From Eubacteriales bacterium (GTDB lineage Bacteria; Bacillota; Clostridia; Oscillospirales; CAG-272), in NCBI GenBank assembly GCA_045546615.1, contig JAZQDD010000038.1, forward strand, positions 2,868 to 66,867: a DNA stretch of 64,000 nt, written 5' to 3'. Positions 1 through 6,890 of this stretch are shown here, piece by piece. The first letter of the stretch is position 1, and each line of letters opens with the position of its first letter. The position numbers and the translations under genes were made by a program. The notes below the pieces were generated by a model. That model saw only the letters and a list, made by a program, of their open reading frames with translations, made no database searches and was not told the origin of the DNA.

Positions 1-477
1 ATCGCCCGTGACGCGGTGCGTTCCCGAGGCATAAAACCCCGAGCGGATGCCGCCCTCGTACGCCGCGAAGCGATACTGCGCCTTATTACGGTATCCCCAT
101 GTTTCTCCTGTCGATGCGGTTTCAAGAACCGCTACGTGCGAAAGTCCTGCTTTATCAAGCTCCGAACGCACATTCTGCCTTTTCAGTTCAAGCTCGTGTG
201 AATATTTTATAAATCTGTACGCGCAGCCGCCGCAACTTGCGGGTGCTGTGCATTTGTCGCAGGTCTCGCGCAAAGGCGAGGGCGTGATGACCTTTATCAG
301 CCTACCTACAAGATAACCTTTGGTTATCTTGATTATCTTTACCTCCGCCCTCTCGCCGCTGACCGCACCGTGCGTGAATACGACCTTGCCGTCCTCCGTC
401 CTGCCTACTCCGTAACCAAGATTACTGACAGCGGTAACGTCGATGACCACGACGTCGTTTTTCTTTATATCAGACAT
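1..477 (-). CDS. rlmD: 23S rRNA (uracil-5)-methyltransferase RlmD/RumA family, N-terminal part (gene continues beyond window start)
   Basis: Own minus-strand translation from ATG at 477: MSDIKKNDVVVIDVTAVSNLGYGVGRTEDGKVVFTHGAVSGERAEVKIIKITKGYLVGRLIKV (TRAM-like), then Cys cluster CDKCTAPASCGGCAY as in RumA Fe-S site. Missing from ORF track because truncated by the window edge. Confidence 0.75.
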   Translation of the reverse strand, partial: MSDIKKNDVVVIDVTAVSNLGYGVGRTEDGKVVFTHGAVSGERAEVKIIKITKGYLVGRLIKVITPSPLRETCDKCTAPASCGGCAYRFIKYSHELELKRQNVRSELDKAGLSHVAVLETASTGETWGYRNKAQYRFAAYEGGIRSGFYASGTHRVTGD

Positions 478-1150
478 AGTATTCCTCGCCGTTGTCAAGG
501 CACAGGCAGGCAAGTCTGCCGCCGCGTGCCGCACCGCAGTCTACGGCGATAAAGCCCTCGCCGCGATATATATCGCCGTTGCACGAAAAATTCTCCGTGG
601 TGGGTGCATGACCGACTATCATAGTAGCCGCACCGACCGCGCAGGTATCTGCGCCGTCCGCGCAGAAATCGTCCCAATCATAATCGTCAAGAGCCTTGCC
701 CTCGCTATATCCCCTGATGCCCGAATGTACGAGGACGTAGTCCCTGCCGCCTACGTGCAGAGTTTCGTATGGAGCCATATCCGCAAGATACTCAATAACA
801 CCCTCTCGCATATCATCATCAAGCTCGCGGAAGCCGTCAAGCGTGCGCTGACCGCCCATTGCTATCCAGTTTTGCATTTTTGATATAAATTCAGCTTCGG
901 GAGTTCCACCGTTTTTAAGCATCTCGGAAAAGCCCTCGAGCATTTCGGCGGCAAGCTTATCATGCTCGCCCGCAACTGCCCACACGTTCTCGCGCAGGCT
1001 CAAGTCACAAAGAAGAGGAATCGGATCCGCGCCGATATCAACAATATCTCCGAGGACGAACATAACGTCATCCTTTGTAAAATTTATCTCATTCAGTAAT
1101 GTGGTAAATTCGGCGTAACAGCCGTGAATGTTTGAAACAACGTAGGTCAT
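470..1150 (-). CDS. metallophosphoesterase (PPP-family Ser/Thr phosphatase-like)
   Basis: 226-aa ORF with GDIVDIG, AGEHD, VHSG, GHAP metal-ligand motifs. RBS GGAGGAG upstream; 8-nt overlap with rlmD start. Confidence 0.8.
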   Translation of the reverse strand: MTYVVSNIHGCYAEFTTLLNEINFTKDDVMFVLGDIVDIGADPIPLLCDLSLRENVWAVAGEHDKLAAEMLEGFSEMLKNGGTPEAEFISKMQNWIAMGGQRTLDGFRELDDDMREGVIEYLADMAPYETLHVGGRDYVLVHSGIRGYSEGKALDDYDWDDFCADGADTCAVGAATMIVGHAPTTENFSCNGDIYRGEGFIAVDCGAARGGRLACLCLDNGEEYYV

Positions 1151-1167
1151 TTTATCTCCTCCAAAAA

Positions 1168-1932
1168 TTATATAATGCTGAATGGTGAATAATCAAGAAC
1201 ATCTACCGTGATGTCGGCATCAGCAGAGCGCACTATCTCGGCAAGGCGGCGGCAAACGGGGTTTTCGGTGTGATAATGCCCCGCCTCAATCAGAGCAATT
1301 CCCTGCACCTCGGCATATCCCCAAGCGTGGTGCTTGAATTCACCGCCCACTATCACGTCTGCGCCGAGTGCGGCGGCCGGAGCGATAAAGTCCGTCGTGG
1401 CACCACCCGCAACTGCCACGCGGCGCACCGACTTGTCCGCGCAGTTCGAATACTTTACAGCCCTCGTTCCAAGCACACAAGACGTACGCTCGGCAAATTC
1501 GCGCAGACTCATTTCCTTGGGGAGAATTCCGATCCTGCCAAGGTCGGGGACTTCCTCATCGCCAAACTCTGCGGCATCGCAAATACCGAGAAGCTCACAA
1601 AGAACGTCGTTCACGCCTCCCTTGGCGGCATCAAGCCGCATGTGAAACGAAAAGGACGCCGCTCCTGCGCTTATAAGCGCCTCAAGTAACTTGGCAGGCG
1701 GCGTTCCCTCAACTGCCTCGCCGTATATCAGCGGATGATGAGTGAGAAGCACGTCATAGCCCTCGCCTATCGCCTTTTCTACCGATGCGCGGTACGGGTC
1801 AAGCGCGACAAGCACGCGCTTCACCTCGCGTTCGGGGGCGGGCATAGCCTGCACTCCGTCGGTGTCTATCTCCTCGGAGTAACGAACGGGGAGAATTTTT
1901 TCTATATATTCGTAAAGCTGTTTTACAGTCAT
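1168..1932 (-). CDS. Nif3-like dinuclear metal center protein (YqfO family)
   Basis: 254-aa ORF with HHPLIY and EAGHYHTE motifs of the NIF3 family. ATGA overlap with the upstream trmK, matching the conserved trmK-yqfO pair. Confidence 0.85.
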   Translation of the reverse strand: MTVKQLYEYIEKILPVRYSEEIDTDGVQAMPAPEREVKRVLVALDPYRASVEKAIGEGYDVLLTHHPLIYGEAVEGTPPAKLLEALISAGAASFSFHMRLDAAKGGVNDVLCELLGICDAAEFGDEEVPDLGRIGILPKEMSLREFAERTSCVLGTRAVKYSNCADKSVRRVAVAGGATTDFIAPAAALGADVIVGGEFKHHAWGYAEVQGIALIEAGHYHTENPVCRRLAEIVRSADADITVDVLDYSPFSII

Positions 1933-2630
1933 TTTTTCTCCTTTACAGCGGCAAGAATTCCTGCCGCCAATTGTCTTTCGGGCGTGGCATCGCGCCCCGC
2001 GCTTTCAAGTCCGCGGGCGCGGGTAAGAAGCACTTGCGCCGCAAAAGCCGCGAGCTTTTCAAGCTTTTTACCGCCGTGAGCGATATTGTGCCGTCCGAGC
2101 ATCTCCTCGACCTCATTATAAGCCGTAGGCTTGCCCGTATATTCAGCCATGATTATCTGGTATATTCTGCCGTCGCCGAGCTTTTCATCCTCGGCAAGAG
2201 CCTCGTCGATTATTTCAAAACCGCCCGCGAGAAGTCCGCGCCGAAGCTCTGCGGCACGTGTCATCGGTTGCATGATGAGGCGAACTCCGTCTCGCTTTGC
2301 AAGCGACGAGCCTAATACTATACGCAATATAAGCTCTCCGCCCATGCCGAGAACGTACACGTCCTCGGGCGAATACGCATCAAGCCCCGAAAGCCCGTCG
2401 GTTCGCACGGCATCAATTTTATCACCGAGTCCCATCGCGGATATATTCATTCTCGCCCTTGAGATAGGACCTTCGTTTACGTCGGACGCAACACCGCGAG
2501 GTGCTATTCCCTCTTTGACGAGATATATTGGGAGATTTGCATGGTCAGTGCCGACGTCGGCAAAAACTCTGCCTTTGCGCGCAAAGGCGGCGGCGGCAAG
2601 AAGGCGTGAGTCAAGCTGTATATTTTTCAT
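1929..2630 (-). CDS. trmK: tRNA (adenine(22)-N(1))-methyltransferase TrmK
   Basis: 233-aa ORF; N-terminal ADVGTDHANLPIYL and DVNEGP motifs typical of TrmK/YqfN; coupled to the nif3 homolog. Confidence 0.85.
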   Translation of the reverse strand: MKNIQLDSRLLAAAAFARKGRVFADVGTDHANLPIYLVKEGIAPRGVASDVNEGPISRARMNISAMGLGDKIDAVRTDGLSGLDAYSPEDVYVLGMGGELILRIVLGSSLAKRDGVRLIMQPMTRAAELRRGLLAGGFEIIDEALAEDEKLGDGRIYQIIMAEYTGKPTAYNEVEEMLGRHNIAHGGKKLEKLAAFAAQVLLTRARGLESAGRDATPERQLAAGILAAVKEKK

Positions 2631-2684
2631 TTATTTTTCCCGTAATTTGTTTTTGGGGTGTTGCAATGCAACACCCCATAATTT

Positions 2685-2888
2685 TTATGCTTTTGCGGCG
2701 AAATAATCGTTGATGGCTTTTACAAGCTCGTCTGCGTTAGTACCGTGAACGGCGCAAGCCTGCTCGATGGTCTCTCCGCGTGCGGCGGGACAGCCGAGGC
2801 AGTGCATTCCGATAGCAAAAAAGAACTGTGCGGTATCAACGTCAAAATCGAGAACGTCACCGATAATGCTTTCTTTAGTAACTTTCAT
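2685..2888 (-). CDS. DUF1858-type small redox/disulfide protein
   Basis: 67-aa ORF with HCLGCP CxxC motif; strong RBS AAGGAGG 7 nt upstream. Confidence 0.7.
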   Translation of the reverse strand: MKVTKESIIGDVLDFDVDTAQFFFAIGMHCLGCPAARGETIEQACAVHGTNADELVKAINDYFAAKA

Positions 2889-3086
2889 AATTACATCCTC
2901 CTTTAAATTAAATCTATGTAATAATTATACCCATATACTTTGTGTTTGTCAAGAAAAAGCGTAAAGTTGAAATTCATATTTTAAAATTTTATAAAATTTG
3001 TATTTTCCTCTTGCCAAAGCGCCGAATAATATGTTATACTATAATGAAAAATAATTGCGTATTGCCCTTTTGGGCGGGAGGTTTTT

Positions 3087-4196
3087 TTGATAGTCGCACT
3101 TGAAGAAGCAAAATATAAATTGACAAATATGCGTCCTGTGCTCAAGGAGCTTGGCGACGCGCTCCGCGTAAGCGAGCTTGCCGCAACCGCAGAGGAGCTT
3201 GAAAAACAAACGCTTGACCCCAATTTTTGGTCTGATCAGGAAAATTCCACCAAGGTACTTCAAACCATAAAGCAAGCCAAAGACACCGTAGCTGACTACA
3301 ACGCGCTCGTTGAGCGTCTTGAGGACGCCATTGCCCTTGCAGAGCTTGCAATTGAGGAAAATGACGAGAGCTGTGTTCCCGAGGTCGAGGCAGAGCTTGA
3401 AGAAATTATTGCGGCAGAAGAGAAAAAGAGAATTTCCATTCTCCTTTCCGGTGAGTATGACCGCAATAATGCCATCATTTCATTCCACCCCGGAGCCGGC
3501 GGAACGGAGGCGCAGGATTGGGCGCTCATGCTCTACCGTATGATCACCCGTTGGGCGGAAAAGAATGGTTTCAAGGTCAAGCTGACCGACTGGCTTGACG
3601 GCGAGGAAGCAGGCATAAAGAGCGCAACTATCATGGTCGAGGGCATAAACGCCTACGGATATCTCAAGAGCGAGAACGGCGTTCACCGCCTTGTCCGCGT
3701 TTCCCCCTACGATTCCGCAGGACGCCGCCACACCTCCTTTGCCTCCATAGAGGTAATGCCCGAGTTTGACAAGCTTGACGAGATAGTTATTCGTGACGAG
3801 GACTACGATTTTATCGCCTTCCACTCCAGCGGTGCGGGCGGTCAGAACGTAAACAAAGTATCCTCGGCAGTTCGCCTTATCCACAAGGCAACGGGCATCG
3901 TCGTCACCTGTCAGACGGAGCGTTCACAGCTTCAGAATAAGGAAACGGCAATGAAGATGCTCAAATCCAAGCTCATGGAGATAAAGATACGCGAGCGCCT
4001 TGATACGATTGAGGAAATTCAGGGCAATAAAACAAATATCGAGTGGGGTTCGCAAATACGCTCCTACGTATTTATGCCCTATACTCTCGTTAAGGATAAC
4101 AGAACGTCCTTTGAAACAGGAAACATCTCCGCAGTTATGAACGGAGAGATCGACGGCTTTATCAACGCTTATCTCAAGCATATCTCAAAGCAATAA
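3087..4196 (+). CDS. prfB: peptide chain release factor 2 (single uninterrupted ORF, TTG start)
   Basis: 369 aa; GGQ motif (SGAGGQNVNKV), RF2-type RLVRVSPYDSAGRRHTSF. The N-terminus aligns across the usual frameshift site with no stop. RBS GGGAGG 6 nt before TTG; in-frame stop at 3045-3047 bounds the ORF. Confidence 0.95.
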   Translation: MIVALEEAKYKLTNMRPVLKELGDALRVSELAATAEELEKQTLDPNFWSDQENSTKVLQTIKQAKDTVADYNALVERLEDAIALAELAIEENDESCVPEVEAELEEIIAAEEKKRISILLSGEYDRNNAIISFHPGAGGTEAQDWALMLYRMITRWAEKNGFKVKLTDWLDGEEAGIKSATIMVEGINAYGYLKSENGVHRLVRVSPYDSAGRRHTSFASIEVMPEFDKLDEIVIRDEDYDFIAFHSSGAGGQNVNKVSSAVRLIHKATGIVVTCQTERSQLQNKETAMKMLKSKLMEIKIRERLDTIEEIQGNKTNIEWGSQIRSYVFMPYTLVKDNRTSFETGNISAVMNGEIDGFINAYLKHISKQ

Positions 4197-4221
4197 GCGT
4201 TTGGCTGTGAAAGGAAAAAAC

Positions 4222-4653
4222 ATGGAAAATAAAAAACAGAGCTTTAATAAAATTTTTCTTACCGTAACAGCTTGCACGGCTTTTATCGGAGCGATAGTTG
4301 CCGCAGGCAAGGTTATTTTCGGAAAAAGCAGTGACGGTAAAAATTCGGACAGCGACTCGGAAAGCAACACCAATCTCTTGGTTGCCATTTGCTTTTTGCT
4401 TGTCGGCGTGGGCACGCTCGTTGCGGGAGTGCTTGTCGCCCTCCGTTCAATTCGCAAGGTGAGAGGCGGATACATCATCGACCTTTTTGACAGAGATGAG
4501 TATGACGTTATCTCTCCCGAGGAAGAAGATAATTTTGAGGTTTTGATCCGCGGCGAGCTTCGTTCAAACGATGACGACGATTGCGCAGCCCCCAAGCTTC
4601 TCGATGACAGCATTCTCGTTGATGAGGATGCGACCGAGGAAGATTATAAGTAA
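4222..4653 (+). CDS. hypothetical membrane protein with two TM helices and an acidic C-terminal tail
   Basis: ORF 4201..4653, start moved to ATG 4222 (MENKKQ). Hydrophobic stretches FLTVTACTAFIGAIVAAG and LLVAICFLLVGVGTLVAGVLVAL; D/E-rich tail; terminator follows. Confidence 0.6.
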   Translation: MENKKQSFNKIFLTVTACTAFIGAIVAAGKVIFGKSSDGKNSDSDSESNTNLLVAICFLLVGVGTLVAGVLVALRSIRKVRGGYIIDLFDRDEYDVISPEEEDNFEVLIRGELRSNDDDDCAAPKLLDDSILVDEDATEEDYK

Positions 4654-4663
4654 AAATAAACAG

Positions 4664-4708
4664 AAAACGCCGCAATCTCCAAACGGAACTGCGGCGTTTT
4701 CCTTTTTT
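4664..4708. terminator. bidirectional rho-independent terminator
   Basis: Hairpin AAAACGCCGCA...TGCGGCGTTTT flanked by A-run and T-run, between convergent genes ending at 4653 and 4713. Confidence 0.8.
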
Positions 4709-4712
4709 ATAT

Positions 4713-5564
4713 TTACGAATGCCTGATTACTTCTTTTCCGTTAAAAAGCAAATATCCCTTGCCATACCCCATTGAGCCTCCGTCCAAAAGGTGTTTTACA
4801 AGATTGCGTTGAAGCGAGGTCTCACATGACAGCTGTGTCAATTCATCAGAACTATAATTTTTATAAAATATCAACCAAAACGAACGATTCTCCGGGTCGG
4901 GTGTGCTTTCCGTAACGGTGAAAAGCTCCGCAAAGCGGCGCAAATTCCCCCCCTCTGTAAACAACGGCAGATGCGGCGGGTAAAGTATCCATGAATTACA
5001 AAGCACGGTAATTACGCCATCCGTTCTCACCTCGGGAAAAAAGTCGTACGCCTTGCGAAACGAATCCATGACTGCGTCATACGCAAGCGGCGTACCCGAC
5101 GGTATGTGGCAGTTAAGCGCGCTCTTTCCTCCTTGCTCTACGACTTCATACTGGAGTCTGCCAAGCGCAAATCTTTTCAGTCTGAAATAACCGACAAGCC
5201 ACCATGCAACGAACGTTCCCCACTCACCCTTTAGCTTTTTGCACTCATAGAGCTTATTGCGAAGGTCTAAAACTGTGTCAAGATAGATTTGGCGAGATAT
5301 TCCCCGCTCCCCATACCGTTTTGCCATCGGCACCGTGGCATAAAGCAGAACTATCATATCAATGGCATAGCGCGAAATGCCGCTGCGTTCGGAAAGAGAA
5401 GCGAGCAAAGGTAGAAAATCCGCGCCGTCCGTGCATATTGCCTCTACCGCCTCTTGCGTGAGCTTATCTGCGCCCGCAGTGCGGAGCAATTCTTTTTCCT
5501 TTAAAATAAAATATTGCTTTGCTTCCTCGGGGAAACCCGCCTCGCACATTGCATTGTAAAGCAT
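4713..5564 (-). CDS. hypothetical protein (possible acyltransferase-like domain protein)
   Basis: ORF 4713..5705 trimmed to ATG 5564 (MLYNAMCEAGF), because the upstream extension runs through a tRNA gene and its terminator. RBS GGAG 7 nt upstream. Family assignment is only a weak recollection. Confidence 0.6.
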   Translation of the reverse strand: MLYNAMCEAGFPEEAKQYFILKEKELLRTAGADKLTQEAVEAICTDGADFLPLLASLSERSGISRYAIDMIVLLYATVPMAKRYGERGISRQIYLDTVLDLRNKLYECKKLKGEWGTFVAWWLVGYFRLKRFALGRLQYEVVEQGGKSALNCHIPSGTPLAYDAVMDSFRKAYDFFPEVRTDGVITVLCNSWILYPPHLPLFTEGGNLRRFAELFTVTESTPDPENRSFWLIFYKNYSSDELTQLSCETSLQRNLVKHLLDGGSMGYGKGYLLFNGKEVIRHS

Positions 5565-5635
5565 ACTTCGTCTCCATTTCTTAAAGCTCTCATCACCAAA
5601 GCCGCGGCATTGGCGAAAACGCCGCTGATATTTTA

Positions 5636-5667
5636 GCAAAAAACCCCACCCTCTGTTGAGGATGGGG
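5636..5667 (-). terminator. terminator downstream of tRNA-Lys
   Basis: Hairpin CCCCATCCTCAACAGAGGGTGGGG followed by a U-run on the minus strand. Confidence 0.7.
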
Positions 5668-5672
5668 ATCTT

Positions 5673-5748
5673 TGGTGACCCATCGGAGACTCGAACTCCG
5701 GACACCTTGATTAAAAGTCAAGTGCTCTACCGTCTGAGCTAATGAGTC
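5673..5748 (-). tRNA. tRNA-Lys (anticodon UUU), CCA encoded
   Basis: Minus strand GACTCATTAGCTCAGACGGTAGAGCACTTGACTTTTAATCAAGGTGTCCGGAGTTCGAGTCTCCGATGGGTCACCA folds as a cloverleaf. Acceptor is GACTCAT/ATGGGTC (one G-U), D stem GCTC/GAGC, anticodon stem CTTGA/TCAAG with loop CTTTTAA, T arm CGGAG-TTCGAGT-CTCCG. Confidence 0.95.
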
Positions 5749-5763
5749 ACGCGGACGCCATAT

Positions 5764-5792
5764 ATATTATCACAATTTAAAGGATTTGTCAA
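5764..5792 (-). promoter_or_regulatory. sigma-A type promoter for tRNA-Lys
   Basis: Minus strand TTGACA-17 nt-TAATAT ending about 15 nt before the mature tRNA 5' end. Confidence 0.5.
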
Positions 5793-5837
5793 CACTTTTT
5801 TGTCAGTTTTTGAAAAAAAGATTTTTCAAAAGCTTTT

Positions 5838-6743
5838 TTATCGGTTTCTATAATACTCCAAGGCGCTAAATCTACGCAATCTTCCCGTATCTGCGTAAAT
5901 TTCAAGCACAACAAGTTCCTGTCCCGCAGGCTCGTCTTTCCAATAAAATCTGTATATTCCATCGGCAGAGCTGATGGTGACATTTTCGTTTGGCACGCTC
6001 AACTTTTGTCCGTTAAGTACGCCGAGCGCAACCTCAAGCGCCCTTTCCCGCCCTACGTCGCGCGATAGGTCAACGTCTCTGTCAAAGCAATACTCAAGCA
6101 CTCGCTCGCCATCATAAGTCAAGCTTATATATACGTTCTTACCCGTAAATACGTAACTTGGCGGAAAACCGTAAGAATCACACAAACGAAGCTTACAATT
6201 TTCACAGCAAAATCGGCTTGCCGTGCGTTCAGCCTGCGCTTTTCCACCGTCACCAAGTCCCTTCAGGCAAAGAAAATCTCCGTTTGCCCCCTGCTCACGA
6301 AGCAACACCTCTTGCACCTGCTTTGTTTCAAGCAATTCACAAAGAGCTTTTCCACCGTCCGCCTCAACGCGAGAAGCAGCATCGGAAAACGCACGGCATA
6401 AGGAGATCACATCTTCTCCCGCCCGCACTCGCTCCACAAGACTGCCTATAAGCGCGTAAACCCGCTCACAACCATCAAGCCGAGCGCGTGACAGATGCGC
6501 CCGAGCCTCGCCGGCTGACAGGACAAATCTATAAACGGCATCTTCATCATTAAGAAGCATTTCTGCCGTCTCTGCCATTTCTGCCGCCGCGTCCGAAAAA
6601 TCACAGCGCGCAAATCTTGCCGCCGCCGCATTGCTTTTGGCGAGAGCATTTTCCCTTATCACAACCGTCGCAACGGCGGCAACGGCTATCGCCAAAGACA
6701 AAACAACAACTATTCTCCATTTTCTCTTTTCCATTTTCTCCAC
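5838..6743 (-). CDS. membrane-anchored hypothetical protein (possibly YpeB/PepSY-like)
   Basis: 301-aa ORF; N-terminal TM WRIVVVLSLAIAVAAVATVVI. The C-terminal beta-rich region resembles PepSY-type domains. Function uncertain. Confidence 0.55.
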   Translation of the reverse strand: MEKMEKRKWRIVVVLSLAIAVAAVATVVIRENALAKSNAAAARFARCDFSDAAAEMAETAEMLLNDEDAVYRFVLSAGEARAHLSRARLDGCERVYALIGSLVERVRAGEDVISLCRAFSDAASRVEADGGKALCELLETKQVQEVLLREQGANGDFLCLKGLGDGGKAQAERTASRFCCENCKLRLCDSYGFPPSYVFTGKNVYISLTYDGERVLEYCFDRDVDLSRDVGRERALEVALGVLNGQKLSVPNENVTISSADGIYRFYWKDEPAGQELVVLEIYADTGRLRRFSALEYYRNR

Positions 6744-6890
6744 CGAAAAATTCGTTTATATTATTATGTCCGAAAAGCGTGAAAAATGCCGATAAAAATG
6801 AATTTTATATATCAAATTTCGCATGTTGACATTTTTTTGAAAAAGTTATATAATATGATTTTGTATAGAAAATCATATTTGGAGACACGC

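Noticed and set aside
2655-2677. 10-bp GC hairpin GGGGTGTTGC-AAT-GCAACACCCC between the DUF1858 gene and trmK, considered as a terminator.
   Set aside because: The U-run follows it only on the plus strand, where no gene ends. On the coding (minus) strand it is followed by A residues. It may be a processing or stability hairpin, or may block antisense transcription. I do not call it a terminator for the minus-strand genes.
3075-3095. GGGAGG-TTTTTTTGA at the start of prfB resembles an SD-plus-slippery-UGA frameshift cassette.
   Set aside because: It is at the initiation site, not about 25 codons into an ORF0. An in-frame stop at 3045-3047 precludes an upstream ORF, and GGGAGG is simply the RBS for the TTG start.
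5565-5705. N-terminal 47-aa extension of ORF 4713..5705.
   Set aside because: The extension reads through the tRNA-Lys gene (5673-5748) and its terminator. An internal ATG at 5564 with a GGAG RBS gives a sensible start.
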